Assembly: GCA_965603825.1 (NCBI GenBank)
Contig: CBFDEM010000011.1
Span: 310,001 to 374,000, forward strand
Reading direction: 5' to 3'
Source of the DNA: Blepharisma stoltei ATCC 30299
Taxonomy: Eukaryota > Protista > Ciliophora
Length of the DNA: 64,000 nt
Of this stretch, positions 1 through 10,731 are shown one piece after another. The translations under genes and the position numbers were made by a program. The notes beneath the pieces were generated by a model. That model saw only the letters and a list, made by a program, of their open reading frames with translations, was not told where the DNA came from and ran no database searches. How positions within the stretch are numbered: the stretch's first letter is position 1; each line of letters begins with the position of its first letter.

Positions 1-1657
1 ATTTGAAATATCCTAAATATTTTTGCAGCCAAATTACAGAAAATAGATTTTAAATTGTTTTTATAATTATTTCATTTACTTTTATATACATTATAATGGC
101 AAAGACAATATCAAAACCTCTAGGCACAAAGAATTTGCATAAAATTTATTTTCACTAATTTTCCATTGAAAAATTTCTAATCAAGGGAGGAAACATTTTT
201 TGGATTGCTAATAATAACAATCAATTTTATGATCAATCTATAATTACCTCATACATTTTTTAGCTTATTTTATTCGCCTTTTTTAATATACATTTGCATC
301 GCGTCTGCAAAAAAAGCAAAAGTGCAAAATAAAGCAATTTGACATTTCTGAATTTTATTTAATTTTTTTTATATGCTATAGCAACTAGATTAATGATAAA
401 GCTTAAAGAAGAGGAATAATAAAATAATAATTTTCCTTATCTTAGCACATATCCTTCTCAACACCCTAAATCCATTTTAAAAAAATGTACTTCTTTAATC
501 TCAAATTATTTTTATTAGAGATTTTATAGAGAATTATACTTCAATCGCTCTCCATTTTACAGATTCTTTATTTAGCTTTATATTACAGTTATTTTAAATT
601 CAAGGTCTTAGGTGGACTCAAAATAAATAGAATCATTAGTTTTAGCAAGATACATAATAAGCAGGTTTAAAGCATATAATAGAGCAGATCAATGAGTAGA
701 ACTAACTAGCTGGCTCCCCTAAGTGTTTTAATAAAATTTAAGAAATGAAATAACTGATAAAACAAGATGACGTAAAAAGGTAACAACTCTTTAATCATAG
801 CATCTTTAAGATTCAAAAATTCATTTGGATATTCTTGCTTGATAAATTTGCAGACGGACATCGCTCATAAGATTTTAGGCATTATCGGAAGGTTTTTCAA
901 GAAACTTACACAGAATGCACCTTATTTAGTGGCCACTTTAATATGAATTAAGTAAAAAGGAAGCCAGATTAACCTTCAAGAAAGCCAAGAAAATTATGCT
1001 TGCACTTGAAAATAATCAAGAAAAGTTAATCCTTACTTAAAAACACTTAAAATTTAGATGAGCAAATAAAGAACTGAAATTAAATAAAATCACAGCAAAA
1101 ATAACAAATTTCTATAAATGCTGAGCAAGTTAGGACAATATTATCCAGTATATTTCAAGAAAAGGCTTATAGATAGCTGAGTTGTCCCATTTATAAAATT
1201 GATTTGAAGGAAAGAATCCCGAAGCAATGAGTCTAAAATAGGAGGATTTATTTACGTTTTATTACTTTTCATAAGCCAAATAAAGCTTGCTTTGTGAGAT
1301 TTAAAGGCAATTATTAATTTTGACATCATTTCCTTGTATTGAAAATCCACAATTTTTATGCTTTTTAACCCTTTTTACCAAAAATTTTTGATTTCTTAAT
1401 TTGAGTTTTTAGTATTAAAGCCATGGATATTGCATATTTGATAAGAAAATGGCAAATTCTCAAAATGCTTGATAATTAAGAAGCAATAAAAATCGAACTT
1501 CCATTTTTGAGCTGTTTCTCATTGTCAATATACAAAAGTTCTGAGTTATTTGCAAAATCTCCAAATTCCTCTTAAACTTATCTAAAAGCGTTTCCATTTA
1601 AAATCTGTAACTTATAATTAAACATTTTAAGAATTAGATTATCGTGCAGCTTATAAT

Positions 1658-1882
1658 TTATTTAAATACAAGTGACTGATCTGGACTTATCACATCTTTT
1701 ACAACGATTTTATATGCCGTTCCTTTTACATCATAAGAAAACTTGCCACTTTCTTGCTGGTTTATAATGAACTTTACAGTAGAGGTAATGATAGTGTTTA
1801 CATAAATTCCATGAAAAGAAGTATCAACTTCTTCTGGACTTCGCTTTCCTTTTGAAAGTTTTTGGGAAATGTTGCAACCCAT
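1658..1882 (-). CDS. MGC-start microprotein, family member 1 (74 aa), unknown function
   Basis: ATG at 1882 (MGCNISQK), TAA stop; clear paralogy to 3203..3424 and 5895..6119 (C-term KFSYDVKGTAYKIVVKDVISPDQSL). Confidence 0.8.
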   Translation of the reverse strand: MGCNISQKLSKGKRSPEEVDTSFHGIYVNTIITSTVKFIINQQESGKFSYDVKGTAYKIVVKDVISPDQSLVFK

Positions 1883-3202
1883 CAAATTTTTATATTTATT
1901 ATATTAATTAATAGCTAATCAGATAATTATAATATTTAGGCTAATTAAGGTTTCAGAAGTGGAAAATTTAATCGGTTTTAGCTGTTTAATCAATTGATCA
2001 GTTTGCTGCCATTTTGCAAGGAGAAAGAAATAGTCCATTTATACAGACTTATCACAAATTTAAATTCAAGACAAAGATATAAAGATTTAAAGTATTATTT
2101 ATTCTCAAATTAATTAGTATAAAATTTTTGGCACCTTATTTTTGATTTCTCATTGTAAAAACATGTAGATATAATTGCTAAAATTAAAAGGAATTTTAAA
2201 GGATAAAAGGCAATTAAACTAAGATGCCTGAGTATATAAGGATAAAATCAAATATATTTAATTCTCAATTAGAAATTGATTTTAAGCGTTAAGAAAGAGT
2301 TGAAGCTTGACTAATTAATATTTAATAAAATTATCACATTGTGTATAAGAGGCTAGAAGCAAAGTCGATTAATTTTATCATCTCCATGAACTACCATTAA
2401 TATTCACGCCAATAGAAAAGATAATTTTTAAAATGAAAATTTTGATAAATTTTATTATTCGATCAAAGAATCAATCTTCAATTTGTATATTATTTATTGA
2501 GCAAATTCACTAATAATGATAATTATGGATTTTCTAAATATTAAAAATACTTTTTTGGAATACTTAAAAGATATTTTTAATATTGATAAATTTTAAAGCC
2601 ATTTCTTATGCATGAGCAGAATTTGTTTTTTGCATTAAATCTAGAATGTTTGAGATCAAAATATGAAAGACTCAAAAAATGGATGAAGAATAATCTAAGT
2701 CTTAATGCACAGATAAAGTGGCTTATTCAATACTTTTTCTAATTAAAATAAACTAAATTAGCTTTTATTTTAATTTATAAGCCAAAAAAAGACTAAAGAC
2801 GATAATAAAATTTTTTAACGTAATTAAAAATTTGCTTGATTTGTATTTCTAATTTATATTTCAGTTTATATATAGCATTAATTGCTTCAGGCTTATTGAA
2901 AAGCATCAAGTTTTTGAGTTTTTTTTTTCAATTTCAATAACTTTTGGAACTTAGAAAATGGTTATTAATTCAAAAGAATTTTATCGTAAATCAACATATA
3001 ATCGCCAGAATCTGCTTTTTAATCGTTTTTTTAAATTATTCAGACCTAAACTTATCATTTTTCCTTCAATATCCATTAATGTCCGGAAATATCTCTCATG
3101 ACCTAAAGATTTAGATCAGTTGAACAAAAAAAATTAATTCAAAATCAATTAGTTAAATTTACATATCCTCAGATATCTGATCAACTCATGAAGAATAAAG
3201 TT

Positions 3203-3424
3203 TTATTTAAAAGCAAGTGACTGATCAGGACTCTTCACATCACTTATTACAATTTTATAAGCGAGTCCTTTTATGTTATAAGAAAACTTATGATTTTCTG
3301 TTGGATTTATCATAATTTCCACAGCAGGGGAAATATTATCTGCACAAACATCTTGAAGAGAGGTATCACCTTCTTCTTGGCTTTGTCTCAATTTTAAGCC
3401 TTTATGAGGAATGCCACAGCCCAT
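3203..3424 (-). CDS. MGC-start microprotein, family member 2 (73 aa)
   Basis: ATG at 3424 (MGCGIPHK); C-term KFSYNIKGLAYKIVISDVKSPDQSLAFK aligns with member 1. Confidence 0.8.
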   Translation of the reverse strand: MGCGIPHKGLKLRQSQEEGDTSLQDVCADNISPAVEIMINPTENHKFSYNIKGLAYKIVISDVKSPDQSLAFK

Positions 3425-4634
3425 TGTATTATTAATTTTATAATACATTAATTCATAGTTGCACTAGAACAATTAAAAGACTTAGATAGTAAATAAAGTT
3501 TCAATAAGTAAAATATTCTTATAAGATCAGTAATGACTCCATATTTAGTAGTATAAAATAAATCATGCCATTTTTGTACAAAATGTATTGAAATGAGTTT
3601 TGACTATAAAATAAATTTTAATTTCAAATTTTTAGTAATGACACCTTAATATATTTTTTTGAATCCTATTCATTATTAACCTTCTTTAGTTAAGAAATCA
3701 TATTTTTGTAGTTCCTTTAATCTTCTTAGCAATAGAAATCCCACATTTTATATTTCATGAGATTAACTTCGATACCAAAATAACTTTGTGGTGTATAAGC
3801 TTTTAATTTATTTGCGTCAAGCAGCATTAAGCTTCAAGTTAGTTATTTCATAATTCCAAATAAGAGATTTCTCAATTAATTTTCTGATAAAGATAAACTA
3901 AGCAGAATCTTAGATAATCATCAGCGATACGGACTAACCTTTTTTTTTCTATTTCATCTATTTTTAATTCTCTATCATGCACACAGTTTAATATTTTTTA
4001 TTTAATTACAGTCGAAAATATGCATATTTTATATAATAACGGATAAGCTATTTCATTTATTAGTAAAATTATGCAAAGTCGTCAGCCATTAAGGTTCTTC
4101 CTGAAGTTAGATTTACTGGAAGTCTGGCTAAAGAAATATTATTATATCAAAGTTCTTTAATAGTTGAGCTTTACCGTCAACAAATGCATGCTTAAGTATT
4201 AGGATTTTTCTTTCTCTTAAGGATAATTTATATTTTAAATGCATTTTTTCAATTGACCATTGAAATATTTATTATAATAATATAGCAATAATTTTCTCTA
4301 GAATATTAATCTATTCAAAATACTGTCAAGCATTTTGAAAATATAAACTCGATGATCGATATTATTTGATTTAGTCCAAAATTAATTTAAATTATCGCTC
4401 TTCGATCATTGAATATATAAGCTTTAGCCGCTTATGATCTTATCGCACTTAAAGCTGACATTTTAAACATTTAAATACCATTTTTATACTTATAAATAAA
4501 GCAGATTATCACATACTTCTATAAGAATTTCCGTTTCAGTGAAAAAATAATTTGACGAACCTAAAATCTAAAGAAAAATTCTTAATATTATTTGATGCAG
4601 AAAATGAATTAACTAATATCAATTTATACACAAA

Positions 4635-5126
4635 TTATCTTAAGAATAAATTCAATCTCTCTTCTCCAATCTCTCTAAGCTGCTTTTGAAAGCCTAAATT
4701 AGGAAATATGCATTTTCTTTTCTGGAGAACCACATTGCTAGCTTGAGCAAAGTTAATTAAATATTTTCCCATAAGATAAGCAATCACGATGCTTGCACTC
4801 CTTGAAACTCCTGCTTGACAGTGGACAAGAACTTTTTCGCCTTCTAATAGATGCTGATGAATAAAACGAAGAGCTCCAGGAAGATGCTTTGAAATATCTT
4901 CCATCGGAGAATCCTCAATAGCTATAAAATGATAAGTAATTCCATCAAATTGTGGTGAATCACTAGAACAGTCAAGAGCTTGAACAATATATTTAATGCT
5001 GTACTCTCTGAGAAATTGCTCGTTACCTCCTGCCATTAGACTTCCTAGATATAGATTTGGCTCGATCTCATGCATTGGAGTTTCAACATGGCTCATGAAC
5101 TCTTCAAATTCAAAATCATCCATCAT
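4635..5126 (-). CDS. Atypical dual-specificity protein phosphatase
   Basis: VLVHCQAGVSRSA catalytic loop, LYLGS, IEDSP acid loop, PNLGF motif. Confidence 0.93.
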   Translation of the reverse strand: MMDDFEFEEFMSHVETPMHEIEPNLYLGSLMAGGNEQFLREYSIKYIVQALDCSSDSPQFDGITYHFIAIEDSPMEDISKHLPGALRFIHQHLLEGEKVLVHCQAGVSRSASIVIAYLMGKYLINFAQASNVVLQKRKCIFPNLGFQKQLREIGEERLNLFLR

Positions 5127-5894
5127 ATGATATTAATATTAAGATATATAAACGACGCTGTTCAATTCACACACCTTAACTATTTTTTCTTGATTTTATA
5201 TAAATTTCAGTATTTATTAACATGGTAAACTAATTTTATAAATCTTTGCAAACAATCTTTTAGAATAGAAGACCAAATCTGAATAATTTACTATTTTAAA
5301 ACTATTTGATTGATAAATCATACTGTTTCTAATTGATTATTTCAATTGGCAGTTTCAAAGATTTTTTTTTCTAAGAATTTTAGCGTCAGCAAAAAAGAGA
5401 ATTGTTAAATTTTAACTTTAAAAATATATTTAATAGACTTCTGGCTAAAATCTATTTATATTTTAATGTCGATACTGATATCATCTTAATAATTCTAATA
5501 ATTTTTTAGTCAGTGATTACGCTAAAAAGCCATATTTAAGTGTCAAGTAATATGAGTTTAAAATAAAAAACTCTAAGCATCATTAATTCTAGATCAAATT
5601 GAAGGATCTAACATGATTTTCTCAATTAAAACTGCAATTTATTAGTGTTTTATCTGGTTATTTTAAATTATTCCAAAATTTATTGAAGCTAACCATAATT
5701 TAATAATTCTTTCAATGATTCCAAGCTATTAATGAAACAGTTTAGAAATAGAATTTTTTTAACAATTAGCTATGCAAATAATTCCTAAAAATTAGGCCTT
5801 TATAGCAAAACGCAAAGTAATTATAATATAAAACCGTCTTTTAGTTAATTACTTATTAATACTCAACATTTCTTTGTCAGCATGCACAGCTTCT

Positions 5895-6119
5895 CTACTC
5901 TGCAGAAATAGATTGATTAGGTGTAGCTTTAAAGCTTACAACAATTTTGTAATGAACTCCTTGGACCTTATAATTTAAAGATCGCAAGCTGGTAAAATTT
6001 TCTCTGGTTTCTCTAAAAGGGGATCCAAGATGTTTAGTGTTGCTTTTATAACAAGTTTCTGACTCCTCTTCATTCAAGACCTTTGATTTGATTTTTTTTG
6101 ACGATATTGAACAGCCCAT
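5895..6119 (-). CDS. MGC-start microprotein, family member 3 (74 aa, divergent)
   Basis: ATG at 6119 (MGCSISSK); C-term LNYKVQGVHYKIVVSFKATPNQSI matches the family motif. Confidence 0.75.
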   Translation of the reverse strand: MGCSISSKKIKSKVLNEEESETCYKSNTKHLGSPFRETRENFTSLRSLNYKVQGVHYKIVVSFKATPNQSISAE

Positions 6120-6750
6120 TTCTTTTTTGTAAGGAATAATATATATATAAAATGACACAAAACTTCAGCTATTTCACGCTATTAATATGGAAATCTAAAA
6201 AAGAAATTGCCACTTTTAGAATTTAGCCAGTTTTGTGTTTTCTTTTTAATTTCTAATGGGCAATCGCTTTAAAGCTCATTACCTTTATGTGCTGATGGTA
6301 TATTAGAATAAATTTGCTAAGTAATTAAAAAAGTTAGCCAGTGAAAAATTAATTTGCATATAATTTTAAGAATAAAGCCTTTAATTGATAGAATTTCCAT
6401 GGATAATTTATTAATTTTAAAGCTTTTCATTTTTGGTGAGGGCCAGTAAAGATAGAGAATTAATATAAATAATTCAACAATTAAATATTTGACATAAATC
6501 TTAGTCTTTAATCGTTATCACAAAGGCAAAAAAATATTTAGCCTTATTAAATCATTTTCTCGCCAATATCTTCACGAAATCTTTTAGCAATCAATTACCT
6601 CATTGAGAAATGAATTCTTAATTTGATTTTCAGTCTTTGAAGCTAGGCTAGTTTTAATAGGCTTCATAATTTTACAACGTTAAATAGCATGCTTTAGCTG
6701 TAAAAAATCAAGCTGGCTTACTAGCCATATTCTATCAAAACTTTTTATAA

Positions 6751-7158
6751 ATGGTGAAAGGGACACTCAAACTTAAAGAAATCGACCAAAGCATTGAAAA
6801 ATTAGAAGGAGGGAAAAAGAAAGGAAAGCAAAGAAAAATAAAAACATTAAAAAGTAATTTATAGCTAGAAAAAGCAATTGATAAGGCATTGAAGAAAGAA
6901 AAGAAATCAAAAAAGAAAGGAGGATCTTTCTCAAAATTATCAACCTTAGGAGATGCTCTAATGGAAATTGAAACAAAAAATCAAGAAGATTTGCATCAAA
7001 GCCATTTATCGAAAAAAGAATCACAGATAATCCAGTAAACAATATTCAGAAATCGAGACACACAAAGAGTCCAAGCTATTTTGGATCATCCATTATTTAA
7101 AGCGAACCCTCTTCAGGCAATCCAGCAGCATTTGCAAAGCCAATTTAATAAAAATTAA
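6751..7158 (+). CDS. SLX9/FAM207A-like ribosome biogenesis protein; two 15-nt introns (6854-6868, 7035-7049); not in ORF track
   Basis: Lys-rich N-term, LGDAL, C-term RVQAILDHPLFKANPLQAIQQHL typical of SLX9; removing two GT-AG 15-mers removes both in-frame stops. Confidence 0.8.
6854..6868 (+). other. 15-nt spliceosomal intron
   Basis: gtaatttatagctag; removes in-frame TAG. Confidence 0.85.
7035..7049 (+). other. 15-nt spliceosomal intron
   Basis: gtaaacaatattcag; removes in-frame TAA. Confidence 0.85.
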
Positions 7159-7258
7159 CTATGATTTATCTTTTTTGAAGAAATTTATTTAAAGTAACTA
7201 ATTATAAGCAAAGCACATTAACCTGAAATAAATCCTTATGGATAGATTTAGTTATACT

Positions 7259-8107
7259 TTACTGAATTATACATTCCAAACATGACTTTTTGGGCGTCTC
7301 CCTCTGCGAATTTTCTAATTGCTTTTTGAGATTTTCTTTTTGATTTCTCAGCATTTCCAAATTAATGTAGTTTTCTTCTATTTCTTTGCGTTTTTGAGTT
7401 GACTTCTTTATTGTTGCTTCTAATTTCATTGCTTCTTTAGATAACAAAATTTTATCTTTTATTACATTTCCAAGCTTGTCATCTAACTTCCTTATCCAAT
7501 TCACTCTATCTTCAACTATTCTGCTTTTTCTCCTTCTAAATCTATTTTCAATTTCAAGCACTCCTAATTCTTTTTCGATTCTTGTATTTTCTTTCAATTT
7601 TTCTTCGACTGCTTCTCTTAATTTTGTTCTATTGTCATATTGATTTTTGATATTTTGTATTTCTTTTTCTATTAACTGGTATTTTCCTTTTAAAACTTCG
7701 ACCATCGTCACATCTCTTTTTTTCTCTTCTATAACGTTCGTTATGTAATATTGAAGCTCCTCAATTACTTGCTTTGACCTTGAAACTTCATACTCAACTG
7801 AAACAGTGCTTAGTCTATGGACATATATTTTAAAGCAGTCGTCACAAATTCTTTTAGCTATATTAAATATGGGATGGTAAGTCTTTTGTTCTGAACATTT
7901 CGAGCAAACACCCCGTCAACAAAATTTGCATCGGTACTTTCGCTTTGTTATACCGAATTCAGATTTGCATATTATGCAAGCTGTGTCTTGAAGATATAAA
8001 TCTTTATCTGCATTTGGATCAACTCCTATTAGTAGTGGATTAATATTTTGCGCATGAGTTAATGAATTAGGAGGATTTGCAGATCCAAATGATATAGACT
8101 CCACCAT
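7259..8107 (-). CDS. FYVE-like zinc finger + coiled-coil protein with C-terminal CaaX (CIIQ); one TGA=Trp
   Basis: CIIC..FGITKRKYRCKFC(W)RGVCSKC..RICDDC; ORFs 7916..8161 and 7259..7711 join in frame through TGA at 7916-7918. Confidence 0.82.
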
Positions 8108-8647
8108 TTTAAAAGAGTGTGATTTGTGGGGAAAATAATTGCATTTTAATTTGGAATTCATTAGTTCTAAGAAATGGGATTTTATCCAAATGACAATCCA
8201 GTTTTCAGGGCTCTATCATCCGCTTATATAGGAATGAATATTCAATGTGAATTCAAATTATAATGCTTGAAATCTGCTTACTGTTCCTTTCTGACATGAG
8301 CAAATATAAATTTCATGTAAGGTAAAAGATTTGTTTAAGCATCAAATTTGCCTATAATTACTTTTTTTAAAATCAGTTTTATTTAAAAAAATACTGCGCT
8401 GAAAGGCTTTGAATATTTTAGTAGATAAGCATCCATTTCTCTTTAAGACATATTAATAGTTTTAGCGTAAACAAACCAATCAAGTATCTATTTTAATATT
8501 ACGCTTTATTCATTAAAAATTTACATGAAAATAACAAGAAAATTTCCTGAACCATGGGAATAATTACTACACGATTTGATATATTCTAAGTATAATAAAA
8601 TATATATAAATGGCATTATATAAATTGTAATTTGATTAAACCGTTAG

Positions 8648-9502
8648 ATGCTATCCCAAAATTTCGAGCCCTTCAATTTATCAAGCGATTCATCTATTAA
8701 TTTTCCTTTAGAATTCAAGGAGTCTCTAATAAGACTTGACGATATTTTTGATACTGATCCGCAAAATCAAGTTGCAGAAAAGGTTGAATTCCAATTAATG
8801 AAAAAAAGGAGTAAATTCAAAGAAATTTCAAACGATGAGCTGCTATCTTCAAAAAGTATTCCAAATGAATTTTTCCCTCCACAACAGAATATTGATTTCG
8901 ATAATAGGCAAGAATTGCATACAATAAATGCTAATAGAGGAAATCAGAGATATCGAAATATATTATCAAAACTAAATCAGCGAAGGAGTGAAGAACATAA
9001 GTTACAAGCCAACCAAATCCCTACAAATGTTCAAGAAATTCATAGCCAAGCTGATAATGACCCTCAAGCATCCAGAAATATCAGATTATCAACAGTTTAT
9101 ACAAACCCTAGCATAGACTCATTTAAAGTTTTTTCTAATTTTTCTAACGAAACTGAACCAATTTCCCCTGTCTATGCGTTTGATTTAGATAGAATTCAGT
9201 TAACTAATGGAAACCAAGAAACAAATACAAATTTATATGTAGATCACCAAGACACAGAACCTAATATCCCTGTCTTTAAATTTGAGAAATTTATTCAAAA
9301 ATATAATCAGCCTGTAGCTATATATTGTGATAAGTGCTGCCAAAATACTCAAGTTCAAATTTCATTTAGGTTAAAATCATTAGGATTTTGGAAAACTCTT
9401 GGATTTGTCTTCCAAGCTTTTCGCTGCTGTAGTGGGCATTCTCTGAAGCAGTATCAAGAGGTTGTTTATAGGTGTATTAAATGCAAAAGTGTTATATCAT
9501 AG
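8648..9502 (+). CDS. Protein with C-terminal LITAF-like zinc domain
   Basis: PVAIYCDKC - hydrophobic segment - YRCIKC near C-terminus; long disordered N-term. Confidence 0.65.
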   Translation: MLSQNFEPFNLSSDSSINFPLEFKESLIRLDDIFDTDPQNQVAEKVEFQLMKKRSKFKEISNDELLSSKSIPNEFFPPQQNIDFDNRQELHTINANRGNQRYRNILSKLNQRRSEEHKLQANQIPTNVQEIHSQADNDPQASRNIRLSTVYTNPSIDSFKVFSNFSNETEPISPVYAFDLDRIQLTNGNQETNTNLYVDHQDTEPNIPVFKFEKFIQKYNQPVAIYCDKCCQNTQVQISFRLKSLGFWKTLGFVFQAFRCCSGHSLKQYQEVVYRCIKCKSVIS

Positions 9503-9625
9503 GATACTTTAGTTTGATAATTTTAGGTATTTTTATTCTAATAGTGTTTAAGAGCATTAATTTTAGTGTATTGTCTGGTTTTTAAAGAATTATGATGATT
9601 ATTTATGCTAAGATTATTAATAAAA

Positions 9626-10057
9626 ATGCATCCTAGAAGTAATGCCGACTATCAAAAGAAGCTCATACTGTATTTTGACGCAGACTATACCAAAGATATA
9701 ATAAAAAAACAAGGAAGTGAGGATCTAGATACTTTATATGAAGAATTAAAACACAAAAAACCATGAAAATCAGTTACCTTTGTTTTTGGGCTAGCCATTC
9801 CAATAATGTATATTGAGAAAAATATTCTAAAAGTCCCAAGAGAGAAAAGTTGAATTAGGCGATACGGAAGCAGATACGTGCATGCTTCTCTAGCGTTATT
9901 GATGGTTGGCTGAGTCTATGAGACCATTATCCCTTTTCAAAGATGCTCCCTTGATATGGCACTTAAGTATGAGGATCAATTACTAAAGCTTCACCCAGAT
10001 TTAAATGATTACTATACAAGAAGTAATTTTGAGTCCCCTTTAAGTAGAGAAAGCTAG
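9626..10057 (+). CDS. Hypothetical 143-aa protein with two hydrophobic segments; three TGA=Trp; not in ORF track
   Basis: MHPRSNADYQKK...KP(W)KSVTFVFGLAIPIMY...S(W)IRRYG...LALLMVG(W)VYE...RES-TAG; open only if TGA is sense; GC above flanks. Confidence 0.75.
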
Positions 10058-10220
10058 ATAACACATAATTTTATTATAAATAAACAAAATATTGTGCTAA
10101 ATTATACGATTTTATATATAAAGCTATCATATTAAATTGCATAGGCTCTTCAAATTAGTTAACATAAAATTCAGATTTAATTAAAATTGTAAGCTTAAGA
10201 ATGTGGATATAATCTTAACA

Positions 10221-10700
10221 ATGGCGGATGTACAAACCGAGAAAGCTTTTATGAGACAGGACGGCGTCTCATTAAAAAGCAAGAAATTCTTCGCAAAAAA
10301 AACAGCTAAAGGAGTCAGATATTGGAAGAATGTAGGTCTTGGTTTCAAAACTCCAAAAGAAGCCATTGAAGGTAACTACGTAGATAAAAAATGCCCATTC
10401 ACAGGCGATGTTTCTATCCGTGGAAGAATCCTGAAAGGTATGGTCATTTCTACCAAAATGAAGCACACAATTATCATCAGAAGAAACTATCTTCACTATA
10501 TCCCTAAATATAAAAGATTCGAAAAGAGACACAAAAACATTTCAGCCCACTGTTCCCCAGCTTTTCAACAGGTAAAAGAAGGAGACATCGTGACAATTGG
10601 CCAATGCAGACCTCTCTCTAAAACTGTCAGGTTCAACGTTCTCAAGGTCCAGCCTAATCAAATCTTTGGGTCAGCAAGAAAACAGTTCGTTTTATTCTAA
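10221..10700 (+). CDS. RPS11: 40S ribosomal protein S11 (uS17)
   Basis: [39 protein letters not shown]. Confidence 0.98.
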   Translation: MADVQTEKAFMRQDGVSLKSKKFFAKKTAKGVRYWKNVGLGFKTPKEAIEGNYVDKKCPFTGDVSIRGRILKGMVISTKMKHTIIIRRNYLHYIPKYKRFEKRHKNISAHCSPAFQQVKEGDIVTIGQCRPLSKTVRFNVLKVQPNQIFGSARKQFVLF

Positions 10701-10731
10701 ATAACGAGGGATTATCAAAAAATTGCAAAAA

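Noticed and set aside
6773-7042. 89-aa hydrophobic minus-strand ORF
   Set aside because: Antisense shadow of the Lys-rich SLX9-like gene on the + strand.
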